Shown here one piece after another: positions 8,322-17,014 of a stretch of DNA of 35,823 bases (positions are counted from its first letter, which is position 1; the number at the start of each line of letters is the position of its first letter). The notes under the pieces were generated by a model. It saw nothing but the letters and a program-made list of their open reading frames with translations, ran no database searches and was not told the DNA's origin. Source of the DNA: a bacterium (lineage in GTDB: Bacteria; Myxococcota; Kuafuiibacteriia; Kuafuiibacteriales; Kuafuiibacteriaceae); contig JAUHYN010000003.1 of the NCBI GenBank assembly GCA_030426505.1, positions 1 through 35,823 on the forward strand. The letters are read 5' to 3'. Made by a program: the position numbers and the translations under genes.

Positions 8322-9113
8322 TCAGCACCCGGGTGGGCACGCGACATCGCCGACGCACGCGCACTCGCCGGGGGTCTGGGTGGCGACGACCGCGACCGAG
8401 ACGCCGGCGGCGATCACCACGCCCACGCCGATCCACAACCACGGCGAGGAGAGGATCGAGCCCTCCGCGTTCAGCTCGACGGCGATCGTCTCGGCGCCTC
8501 CGGGGGCGAGCGCGATTGAGCGGTGCTCCGACTCGTAGCCGACGCGCTTGATGTCGAGCTCGACGTCGCCGGGCGCGACCCAGAACACGCCGTCGGCGTC
8601 GCGGCGGACGGACGCGGGGACCTCGACCGTGGCGTCGCGCGGCTCGGCCTGCACCGTCAACCGCGCGAGGCGCGCGAAGCCCGCGGTGTCGAGCGCGGCG
8701 TCGAGCTGATCTTCGATGCGCGCGAAGATCGGCGTGTCGGGGGCGCCGCCGACGGCGCGGTGGATGAGCTTCTGTTCGTCGACGTCGATCAGGAGGGTCG
8801 CGACCAGCGGCGGCTCGAGCGCGGTATTGGCGACGACGACTACGAGGTAGCGCGCGGTGAAGGCACGAGCGCCACGCGCGAGGCACTCGGCCTCCAGCGC
8901 GCAGTCACCGAGCTGACGAATCACTTCGCGGGGCGTGGTGAGGAACGTGGTGCGCGAGACGATCGACAGGCCCGCGCGCTTCGACGCGATCGCCTCGACG
9001 CGCGCGTGGACGTCGTCCGCGGTGACCTCGCCGACCTTCGCCTTCACGACCGGGAACACGGCGACCTCCGGCGTGGTCGCGGCGACGAGTCCGGCGAGGA
9101 GCGTGGCGATCAC
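8322..9113 (-). CDS. PEGA domain-containing exported/membrane protein
   Basis: GTG at 9113 overlaps the upstream stop (GTGA). Signal-like N-terminus, CxxxxxC, PEGA pattern RLTVQAEPRDATVEV..PGDVELDIKRVGYE, C-terminal TM PWLWIGVGVVIAAG and Cys-rich tail. Confidence 0.8.
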   Translation of the reverse strand: MIATLLAGLVAATTPEVAVFPVVKAKVGEVTADDVHARVEAIASKRAGLSIVSRTTFLTTPREVIRQLGDCALEAECLARGARAFTARYLVVVVANTALEPPLVATLLIDVDEQKLIHRAVGGAPDTPIFARIEDQLDAALDTAGFARLARLTVQAEPRDATVEVPASVRRDADGVFWVAPGDVELDIKRVGYESEHRSIALAPGGAETIAVELNAEGSILSSPWLWIGVGVVIAAGVSVAVVATQTPGECACVGDVACPPGC

Positions 9114-11842
9114 TTCGGCACCACCACCGCGACGACGCGCTCGCCTTCGCCGCCGACCAGGACGAGGTCGCCCGACACCGCCGCGCCGCCGACGAAGGAG
9201 AACGGCAACAACAGGCGCGGGCTGACGCGCGGCTCGACCGAGGCGTCGTCGTAGAGGAAGAGCAGGGTCCCGTCTTCGAAGCGGAGTGAGTTGATCGGGC
9301 GGACCCACGCGAAGGGCTTCGAGAAGCTTCGGAAGCGGAGCTCGTCGGCCTCCGGCTCCGGGAACGGGCAGAGGCCGAGGCCCGAGCCGCAGCGCGGGTC
9401 TTCGCCGAGCGTCCACGGGCGGAGGCCAGTGGTATCCGTGACGCCCGTGCTCCACTGGACGCCGGTGATCACGGCGCGGTCGGCGCACCAGGTCTCGATC
9501 GACGTGGGGATCGTCTCGAGCTCGTCGCCCGACGTCCACGGCGCGCCGAGGTGGTCGTGCCAGTAGCCTTCGACGACGAGCTTGCGGCCCGGTCGCCACG
9601 CGATACGCCCGAGCGTCCCGCGTCCGACGAGCCACGCGACGCCGTCGCGGCCGTCGAGGTCGTCCCAGCCGACGACGGGGGGCGCGATCTCCGTGGCGTC
9701 GGTCGTGGGATCGTCCCACTCCATCTCGAGTTCGACGAACGCGCGATCGATCATCGCGAAGACGCGGCCGCCGGCGTCGAGGAACACGAACACGCCGCCG
9801 CCGAGCGCGGCGCCGGCGACGAACGATTGGGACCCTGGCGACACCGATCCGACCACGGAGCGAGTCTCGAGATCGACGAGCTGCACCTGAACCTCGGTGG
9901 GCGACGCCGGCGGGAGGCAGGGGACGCGCGGCGTCCCGCGGAAGAAGCAGCGCCAACGCTCCGCGCGGTGGGTCGCGACGACGACGCGATTCGGAGCGCC
10001 CGAATCCGCGATCGCGACGTCAGCGTGGCTGTCGCGCGCGGGCGGGTAGCCTTCGATCGTGATCGGTTCGCGCGTGGGGCGCGGCGACGCTTGGCGGTAG
10101 CGATGCACGCCGGACCCGAACGCGACGATCGTGTTCGGCTCGGTCGCCGCGAACGCCGACATCACGCCGCGGCGCGGCTCGCGGCTGGTGTAGATCGGCG
10201 AGAACGTCGTCTCGCCCGGCGCGCGCCGGTAGATCCAGCGCGCGGCGGTGACCGCGACGGCCCAGTCGCCGGCTTCGATGTAGTCGAGGACCGGATCGGC
10301 GACCTCCGTGAGGAGCTCGGCTTCTGCGCCTTCGTCCCAGGGCTGTCCGATGCGCCCGTACTGGATCGGGTCGCGTCCGTGCTCGATGTCGACGACGAAG
10401 TCGCCGAAGCCCCAGACCGTCCGCACGAAGTTCGCGTTCGGGGCGGGGCTGAGCGTCGTGCAGAGCGACAACGAGCTCCCCTCCTCGATCACGTCGAGTG
10501 TGGTCGGGAGGTCTTCGAACCGCTCGACGTCGCCGAGATCGAACGACCACACCACGCCGGTGACGTGTCGGGAGTTGGGGCCCGTCGACCGCTCGCCGGT
10601 CGAGCACACGTAGAAGCGCCCGTCCTTCTGGATCGCGTAGTCGTCGATGAACGCGTGCGTGAACAGGTTGCCGTTGAGGCGGTAGGCGAAGCGCGCGAGC
10701 CCGATGTGACAACGCCACGCCGCGTCCGCCGCGGAGCGGACGTAGAGCTGACCGCGTTCGCCGAGGAGGACGGTCGTCGCGTTGGTGCTGGTCGTCGTGA
10801 CGCCGCCGGTGAACGGGAAGAGATCGTCGCCGCAGGTCCCCGAGGCCGTCGACTCCTCGACGCATGTGTACGTCGTCGAGTTCTGCGCGGTGCAGCGGAA
10901 GATCGCGTGGCCGACCACGTCGCCGCGCTGGATGAAGCCGCCGACGTAGACGGCGCCGTCCGCGCCGCGCACGAGCGCTCGGGTCTGCATCTGCGGGAGG
11001 CCCATGACGACCTCGGCGCGGGGCTCGCGGGTGATGAGTCGGTAGTTCGTGCCGTCGCGCGTCGGATCGCGATCTTCGAAGGCGACGAGGATGCCGTCGT
11101 CGGTGTCGAGGAGCGCGCGAATGTAGCCTTCGGGGGTCGTCGGGCCCTGGCGGATCTCGCCGCTCGGATCGATCGCGACGAGGTGGCCGGGGGTCAGTCC
11201 GATCACCGTGCCGTCGGGGAGCAGGCGCCCGGCCCGGGTCGCGACGTTCGGCTCACCGGAGTCGACCTGCACGAGCTCCACGTCCGGTCGGCTCCTCAGG
11301 GGGGCGTCGTCGCAGGAGCACGCGCCGGGCCACGCGAGGAACACGCGGGCGGCGACGCTCGCTTCGAGCGCGCTGTCGACGAGGGAGGTGGGGCCGCCCG
11401 AGTTCTGGAAGATCTCCGCCTCGGCGAAGCGCGGGAGTCCGCACACGTCGCCGGGCGCGACGCGCTGCGGGGCCTCGATCGCTTCGTAGGTGCAGCGCCC
11501 GCACCCCACGTTCGGGTTCGTCGTGACTTCGAGTTCACTGAAGGTCGCGGCGTCGACGGGGAGGCCGCGGACGTCGACGAAGTCCTCGGCGTCGAAGCGC
11601 CACACCAACATGTGGCTCCCCGGCGGGAAGCGGATCCGCGCGGAGGTCTCGTCGTCGATGCGGGTGACTTCGAGCGCCTCGCCCTCGAGGACCGCGACGA
11701 TCGCGAAGGTCTCGGGGTCAAGATCGAGGTCGACGCGGTGTTGGACGTCGGAGCACGCGCCCGACACGAGCGCGAGCGCGAGCATGGCCGAGCGCGAGAC
11801 CACGGAGGCTGGAGCGTAGCTCGATTCGACCCGCGCGCGCAC
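9110..11842 (-). CDS. Large hypothetical lipoprotein, Cys-rich, probably beta-propeller/beta-rich
   Basis: 910-aa ORF with natural composition; lipobox-like ALVSGAC; repeated short strands (DGAVYVGG, DGVAWLVG, DLVLVGG). Alternative start at 11785. Confidence 0.7.
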   Translation of the reverse strand: MRARVESSYAPASVVSRSAMLALALVSGACSDVQHRVDLDLDPETFAIVAVLEGEALEVTRIDDETSARIRFPPGSHMLVWRFDAEDFVDVRGLPVDAATFSELEVTTNPNVGCGRCTYEAIEAPQRVAPGDVCGLPRFAEAEIFQNSGGPTSLVDSALEASVAARVFLAWPGACSCDDAPLRSRPDVELVQVDSGEPNVATRAGRLLPDGTVIGLTPGHLVAIDPSGEIRQGPTTPEGYIRALLDTDDGILVAFEDRDPTRDGTNYRLITREPRAEVVMGLPQMQTRALVRGADGAVYVGGFIQRGDVVGHAIFRCTAQNSTTYTCVEESTASGTCGDDLFPFTGGVTTTSTNATTVLLGERGQLYVRSAADAAWRCHIGLARFAYRLNGNLFTHAFIDDYAIQKDGRFYVCSTGERSTGPNSRHVTGVVWSFDLGDVERFEDLPTTLDVIEEGSSLSLCTTLSPAPNANFVRTVWGFGDFVVDIEHGRDPIQYGRIGQPWDEGAEAELLTEVADPVLDYIEAGDWAVAVTAARWIYRRAPGETTFSPIYTSREPRRGVMSAFAATEPNTIVAFGSGVHRYRQASPRPTREPITIEGYPPARDSHADVAIADSGAPNRVVVATHRAERWRCFFRGTPRVPCLPPASPTEVQVQLVDLETRSVVGSVSPGSQSFVAGAALGGGVFVFLDAGGRVFAMIDRAFVELEMEWDDPTTDATEIAPPVVGWDDLDGRDGVAWLVGRGTLGRIAWRPGRKLVVEGYWHDHLGAPWTSGDELETIPTSIETWCADRAVITGVQWSTGVTDTTGLRPWTLGEDPRCGSGLGLCPFPEPEADELRFRSFSKPFAWVRPINSLRFEDGTLLFLYDDASVEPRVSPRLLLPFSFVGGAAVSGDLVLVGGEGERVVAVVVPK

Positions 11843-11852
11843 GGCGGTCGTG

Positions 11853-12353
11853 TCAGGGCTGCGGGTACTTCGACCGGAGCGCCTTGAGGACGCCGGGCGG
11901 GACGTAGCGGGAGTAGTCGCCGCCGTTCATCGCGATCTCCTTCACGAGGGAGCTCGAGATGTACACGTGCTCCGACTCGGTGAACATGAAGACCGTCTCG
12001 ATGTCCGGCTCGAGGTCGCGGTTCGCGAGGCCGAGCTGGAACTCGTACTCGAAGTCGGTGAGGAGACGCAGCCCGCGGACGAGCACGCCCGCGCCGAGGC
12101 CGCGGCAGTAGTTGATCAACAACCCCGAGAACGACTCGACGTCGACGTTGTCGCAACCGGCCAACGCGTCGCGGAGCATGGTGAGTCGCTCTTCGGGGGT
12201 GAAGAGGCTCGTCTTCGCGGGGTTCACGCCGATCGCGACGGTCACGCGATCGTACAGGCGCGCCGCGCGTTCGATGATCGCGGTGTGTCCGTAGGTGACG
12301 GGATCGAACGACCCGGCGTAGACGGCGTGTCGGTAGTTGGGCGACGCCTTCAC
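11853..12353 (-). CDS. coaD: Phosphopantetheine adenylyltransferase
   Basis: AVYAGSFDPVTYGH, LVRGLR..DFEYE, ISSSLVKEIA; GTG start at 12353. Confidence 0.96.
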   Translation of the reverse strand: MKASPNYRHAVYAGSFDPVTYGHTAIIERAARLYDRVTVAIGVNPAKTSLFTPEERLTMLRDALAGCDNVDVESFSGLLINYCRGLGAGVLVRGLRLLTDFEYEFQLGLANRDLEPDIETVFMFTESEHVYISSSLVKEIAMNGGDYSRYVPPGVLKALRSKYPQP

Positions 12354-12425
12354 GGTTGGACCGCACGCTGTCTCGCGCCGTTTTTGGATGTCAAAGAAAA
12401 GAAGGTCTGGTACCTCTCCGCCGTC

Positions 12426-13542
12426 ATGTCGCTGCAAGACGTCTCGAGTGAGATCAAAGACCTCCGGGCGCGCCTGACCGCGCTCAAGGAGTATCTTTGA
12501 CGTCCCGGGCAAGCAGGCACGGGTCTCCGAGCTGGAGGCGCTGAGCGCCCAGCCCGGCTACTGGGACGACCAGGAGCGCGCCAAGGGTTTCGAGCGTGAG
12601 CGCGCCGGTCTCGAACGCCAACTCAAGGACATCGCCCGCGAGGACAAGGCGCTCGAAGACGCCGAGGTCTTCGTCGAGCTCGGGCTCGAGACGGGGGACG
12701 ACTCCGTGGAGGGCGAGGCGCGCGCGCTCGTGGACGAGGTGTCGACGTCGCTCGCGAAGTTCGAGCTGCGTCGGATGATGTCCGGCGAGCACGACAAGAA
12801 CAGCGCCATCATCGAGATCCACGCCGGCGCCGGCGGGACGGACGCCCAGGACTGGGCGGAGATGTTGCTGCGTATGTACACGCGGTGGTGCGAGCGGAGC
12901 GGATTCGAGATCGAAGAGGCCGACCGGCAGCTCGGTGAAGAGGCCGGCATCAAGGGCGCGACGATCTTCGTGCGCGGCGAGTACGCGTTCGGTTGGCTCC
13001 GCGCGGAGGAGGGCGTGCATCGCCTCGTTCGCATCTCACCGTTCGACGCGAGCAAGCGTCGCCAGACCGCGTTCGCTGCGGTGCGCGTGACGCCGGAGCT
13101 GGAGGACGAGGTCAACGTCGACATCGACTGGGAGAAGGCCGTCCGCGAGGACCGCTACCACGCGAGCGGCGCGGGTGGTCAGCACGTGAACAAGACCGAG
13201 TCGGCGATTCGCCTGACGCACCTGGAGACGGGGATCGTCGTGCAGTGTCAGTCGGAGCGCAGTCAGCACAAGAACCGGGCGACGGCGCGCAAGATCCTCG
13301 CGTCGCGGTTGTTCGACTACCTGCAGGCGCAGCAGGACGAGGAGCGCTCGAAGATCAGCGGCGAGAAGCTGAAGATCGAGTGGGGGTCGCAGATCCGCTC
13401 GTACGTGAACCACCCGTACCAGATGGTGAAGGACCACCGGACGGACCAGGAGTCGGCGCAGTTCGACCACGTGCTCGACGGGGACCTCGACGCGTTCATG
13501 GAGGCCTACCTCCTCTCCACCGCGGAAAAGCCGCGAAACTGA
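12426..13542 (+). CDS. prfB: Peptide chain release factor 2, expressed via programmed +1 frameshift at 12495-12501
   Basis: MSLQDVSSEIKDLRARLTALKEYL then CTT TGA C. The +1 frame continues DVPGKQARVSELE..YWDD into the ORF carrying SPF and GAGGQHVNKTESA. Confidence 0.97.
12487..12501 (+). promoter_or_regulatory. prfB autoregulatory +1 frameshift cassette
   Basis: AGGAG-TAT-CTT-TGA-C: internal SD, 3-nt spacer, slippery CUU and weak UGA-C stop. Confidence 0.95.
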
Positions 13543-13553
13543 CGCGGCCGGGG

Positions 13554-13596
13554 TTGACGGAGCCGCTCACTGACCCGATGATCGAAACGGTCAGTG
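13554..13596 (+). promoter_or_regulatory. Sigma70-like promoter with palindromic operator CACTGACC-N13-GGTCAGTG
   Basis: TTGACG (13554-13559)-N17-GATGAT (13577-13582). The 8-bp perfect inverted repeat (13568-13575 / 13589-13596) covers the -10 and the GTG start. Confidence 0.65.
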
Positions 13597-14196
13597 GAGC
13601 AGGCGAAGCGAGACGGGATCCTGGCGGAGGCCGGCCGAGCGTTCGGCCGGTTCGGGTTCAAGAAGACCTCGATCGACCAGATCGCCAAGATGGCGGGGGT
13701 CGCGAAGGGCACCGTCTACCTCGCCTGCCAGTCCAAGCAGGACCTCTTCTACCAGGTGCTCCACCGCGAGGTGCGCAAGTGGATCGCGGACGTGTCGACC
13801 CTGATCGACCCGCGGGTCCCGGCGGACGAGCTGTTGCTCCGGTCCTCGGAGGCGGGCGTCGCGTACCTCGAGAAGCGGCCGCTCCTGAAGACCCTCCTGT
13901 TCGGTGAGGCCCACTCGCTGCTCCCCACCTGGGCGGATCGCCTCGACGACCTGCGCGCGCTCGGGAGCGAGAACGTCCAGCAGATCCTCCGGCTCGGCAT
14001 CAAGCAGGGCCGGTTCGTGGAGGATCTGGACGTCGCCACCACCGCGGAGCTGTTGCTCGACCTCCAGCTCGCCTACTTCGTCCTGCACGATCGCCCCGGC
14101 GCCGACCACGACGCGCGCCTCGCTCGGCGCAAAGCCGCCGCCTTCTCACTCGTCTTGAACGGCCTGCGCGTCCGCCCGGACGCCGCAGGGGCCTGA
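13594..14196 (+). CDS. TetR/AcrR family transcriptional regulator
   Basis: ILAEAGRAFGRFGFKKTSIDQIAKMAGVAKGTVYLACQSKQDLF HTH; ILRLGIKQGRF in the C-terminal domain. Confidence 0.92.
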   Translation: MEQAKRDGILAEAGRAFGRFGFKKTSIDQIAKMAGVAKGTVYLACQSKQDLFYQVLHREVRKWIADVSTLIDPRVPADELLLRSSEAGVAYLEKRPLLKTLLFGEAHSLLPTWADRLDDLRALGSENVQQILRLGIKQGRFVEDLDVATTAELLLDLQLAYFVLHDRPGADHDARLARRKAAAFSLVLNGLRVRPDAAGA

Positions 14197-14248
14197 TCCC
14201 CCCCTGCGACCCGAGGTGTACCGCGTGACCGTCTCCGTCCATTCACGA

Positions 14249-14273
14249 ATGACCAAAAAACCAAAATGGTCAT
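14249..14273. promoter_or_regulatory. Palindromic operator ATGACCA-N11-TGGTCAT (core TGACC-N13-GGTCA)
   Basis: Perfect 7-bp inverted repeat with an A-rich spacer, 35 nt upstream of ATG 14309. Same core and spacing as the site at 13571-13593. Confidence 0.7.
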
Positions 14274-14308
14274 CCAGATCGGCGCTGAGCGCGCCAGAAA
14301 GGTCCGTC

Positions 14309-15040
14309 ATGAACGTTCGACACCACCTCTCCCAGTACTTCCTCGAGGCCCTCATGAGCACGAAGCGCGGTCGCGCGCACCTGTTGAACCAGGTCGCGGA
14401 GGGCGAAGAGCAGGGCGAGCAGCGCGTCTTCGACGAGGCGATCGCACTCGTCGAGGACCCGGAGCTGAAGAAGCTCATCCGTCGCCACCGCGAGGACGAG
14501 ATCCGACACGGGCAGATGTTCCGCGCGCGCATCGAAGCGAACGGCGTCCCGGTCGGTCCGGTCCCGGAGAACCTCGACATGTTGCGCCGCCTCGACCGCG
14601 CGCTCGGCGGCTTCTTCGACAAGGGCCTGTCCTCCGAGGCCGACGTCATGCGCGCGTACGTCATCCTCCAGGTGATCGAGGAGCGCGCGTGCGAACAGTT
14701 CACGATGTACATCGACGCGCTCGAGCGCGTGGGCGAGCACGAGACCGCCGACGTCTTCCGACAAGTCGCGAAGGACGAGGCGCGTCACCTCAAGTACTGC
14801 CGCGCGATCGCGCTGCGCTACGCCGAGGACGAAGCGGACTACGAGCGCGAGCTCGTCCTCGTCCGCGAGTTGGAGGCGCGCTCGTTCAAGGACGTGCAGC
14901 GCTCGAACATCGAGTACATCCTCGCGAACGACCTCGCTCCGTCCCGCGGGGCGCGGCTCTTCTTCCGCGTGATGAAGGTCGTGACCGGGCTCGTCGACGA
15001 GGTGCCGTACACTTCGTTCGCGCAGCCCGCGATGGCGTGA
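14309..15040 (+). CDS. Ferritin-like di-iron carboxylate domain protein
   Basis: E..ExxH..E..ExxH pattern: AEGE, EDEIRH, VIEERA, KDEARH; RBS AGAAAGG before ATG 14309. Confidence 0.8.
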   Translation: MNVRHHLSQYFLEALMSTKRGRAHLLNQVAEGEEQGEQRVFDEAIALVEDPELKKLIRRHREDEIRHGQMFRARIEANGVPVGPVPENLDMLRRLDRALGGFFDKGLSSEADVMRAYVILQVIEERACEQFTMYIDALERVGEHETADVFRQVAKDEARHLKYCRAIALRYAEDEADYERELVLVRELEARSFKDVQRSNIEYILANDLAPSRGARLFFRVMKVVTGLVDEVPYTSFAQPAMA

Positions 15041-15078
15041 CGCTTGCGCGCGCCGGTCGCGACCGGTACCGAGCCGGT

Positions 15079-15489
15079 GTGGCTTGGACCGATCACATCG
15101 TCGTCGAGACCTCCGGACGCTCCTTCGTCGACGTGACCCAACGGATCGCGGAGTGCGTCGCGCGCTCCGGCGTGCGCGACGGCCTCGCGAACGTCTTCAT
15201 CCGTCACACGAGCGCGTCGCTGGTCGTGCAGGAGAACGCCGACCCCGACGTGCGCCGCGATCTGGAACGCTTCCTCTCCGACCTCGTCCCCGACGGAGAC
15301 CGCCGCTACGCCCACACCGCGGAGGGGCCGGACGACATGCCGTCGCACGTGCGCGCGGTGCTCACGTCGACCTCGGTGACGCTCCCGGTTCGAGACGGGC
15401 GCCCCGCGCTGGGGACGTGGCAGGCCGTGTACCTGTGGGAGCACCGGCACGCGCCGCACCGGCGCACGCTCGACGTGACCGTCCTCTGA
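15079..15489 (+). CDS. yjbQ: YjbQ/UPF0047 family protein (secondary thiamine-phosphate synthase family)
   Basis: FIRHTSASLVVQENADPDVRRDL, HTAEGPDDMPSHVR, LGTWQAVYLWEHR; GTG start at 15079. Confidence 0.9.
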   Translation: MAWTDHIVVETSGRSFVDVTQRIAECVARSGVRDGLANVFIRHTSASLVVQENADPDVRRDLERFLSDLVPDGDRRYAHTAEGPDDMPSHVRAVLTSTSVTLPVRDGRPALGTWQAVYLWEHRHAPHRRTLDVTVL

Positions 15490-15571
15490 CGTCGCGCCCC
15501 GCCGCGTCGCCTACATCGTTCGCCGCGCGCGCCCTTGCAGACCGGTTGGGGTCCGGGTAGCGATCGGATCC

Positions 15572-16984
15572 ATGGACGTCGCGGCACTGAAGGCGCTGCT
15601 CAGCGCGTCGGGCTACGACGTCCGCTTCCGTCGCGACACATGGGTCGAGTGCCTTCTCCTCAAGGAAGAAGAGTCGTTCGCGGGGCGCGGCGCCGATGAC
15701 GACGCCGCATTCACCGCGGCCGTCGAAGCCGCGTTCCCGTCGTCGCTCTCACGGACACTCCTCGAACGCGCGCTCGCGCCGACGACCGAGTCGAGCCTCC
15801 CGCGCCCTTCGCCGCCGAAGCCGGCGGTCGGGCACAAGGCCGCGGCGCGCTCGGCGCCGCCGTTGGTCGAGCGTTCGAACGGAGGCGGCGAGCGGACGGA
15901 TCTGCAGCGCGCGATCGACGAACTGCGCGTGTTGAATGAGCGCGTCCGCGACTCGCGCGACGAGCTCGGGCTCTGCACCTCCGAGCGGCAGCGTCTCGCG
16001 ATCCTCGCGTGGATCTGCGAAGCCCGCGCGCACACCGACGTGTTCCCGGGGGACGAGCGCATCCGCGAGGAGGTCGCGCAGGTCTCCCGGCAGCTCACCG
16101 AGATCGGCAAGGCGTTCTGGCCGGGCTCGGTCACCGCGCTGCAACTGCAGATGCACCCGAAGGATCTCCCGCGGCACCTCCTCGGCGGCGCCGCTTCCAC
16201 GTGGACCAGCGCGGCCGAGCTCGCCGAGCGCGCGCTCCACAGTATGGAGCACGCCGACGAGCGGCGCGGTCACGACGAGCACGGCTGGGCCGACTTCGCG
16301 TACACGCAGCCGCCGCCCGCCGACGCCGACGCGGCGCTCGCGGAGCTCGTGGAAGAGATCGAGCGCTACGGCGGTTCGCTCGAGCGCTACGCGGAGCCGC
16401 GTGATCCGAACTCGCGCCCGGACGAGGAGCGCTTCGTCCGTTGGATCCGCACGCTGCGTTGGCTGCGCGGGACCCACGTGGACCCCGACCGCTGGGCGCG
16501 CGTCTCCGGGCGCCTCCGCTGGTGGGCGGGGCGCCGCGATCCGAACCTCTCCCCACACGGCAAGGAGCTCGACGGCGGCTTCGTCCCGCCCCGCCCCTGG
16601 GCCGAGATGCTCCACCGCCCGGGCGCGGCCGCTCCGACGAACGGGCCGCCGCAGTCGTTGGTCGCCGCGGCGCGGAGCCGCTGCGCGGGGAAGCGCTTGG
16701 TGATCGTGAGCCACCGCCGCGATCCGGACCTGCAGTCGAACGTGGAGCGCGCCCTCGATGGCGCCGAGGTCGAGTGGGCCGTCGCCGAACCGAAGCGCCT
16801 CGAACAGCTCGCCGCGAAGATCGACGATCGTGCGTTCGATCTGGTGCTCGGCGCGTTGGGTTTGCAGGCGCCGCGCCCGGACCGCGCGCTCGCCCGCGCG
16901 TGCCGCGGGACCGAGACGCCGTACTTGCGCGTGAACCGGGGCCGACCGGTCGCGTGCCTGCGGGCGATCGCGAAGGTGCGCTGA
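15572..16984 (+). CDS. Hypothetical protein with possible C-terminal DUF2325-like Rossmannoid domain
   Basis: 470-aa ORF with natural composition and an upstream promoter-like sequence; C-terminus GKRLVIVS..VEW..FDLVLG..ACRGTETPYLRV. Confidence 0.65.
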   Translation: MDVAALKALLSASGYDVRFRRDTWVECLLLKEEESFAGRGADDDAAFTAAVEAAFPSSLSRTLLERALAPTTESSLPRPSPPKPAVGHKAAARSAPPLVERSNGGGERTDLQRAIDELRVLNERVRDSRDELGLCTSERQRLAILAWICEARAHTDVFPGDERIREEVAQVSRQLTEIGKAFWPGSVTALQLQMHPKDLPRHLLGGAASTWTSAAELAERALHSMEHADERRGHDEHGWADFAYTQPPPADADAALAELVEEIERYGGSLERYAEPRDPNSRPDEERFVRWIRTLRWLRGTHVDPDRWARVSGRLRWWAGRRDPNLSPHGKELDGGFVPPRPWAEMLHRPGAAAPTNGPPQSLVAAARSRCAGKRLVIVSHRRDPDLQSNVERALDGAEVEWAVAEPKRLEQLAAKIDDRAFDLVLGALGLQAPRPDRALARACRGTETPYLRVNRGRPVACLRAIAKVR

Positions 16985-16985
16985 C

Positions 16986-17013
16986 CCCGAGCTCGGGCTC
17001 GGGCTCGGGCTCG
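16986..17013. repeat. Intergenic hexamer tandem repeat (GCTCGG) with palindrome CCCGAGCTCGGG
   Basis: GCTCGG at 16991, 16997 and 17003 plus a partial copy at 17009, filling the gap between convergent stop codons. Confidence 0.75.
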
Positions 17014-17014
17014 T

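Noticed and set aside
8066-8347. Small ORFs across the palindromic element (8066..8347, 8223..8519)
   Set aside because: No motifs; they overlap a non-coding inverted repeat and the PEGA gene.
12426-13542. prfB pseudogene or sequencing error
   Set aside because: The interruption is the canonical programmed frameshift site.
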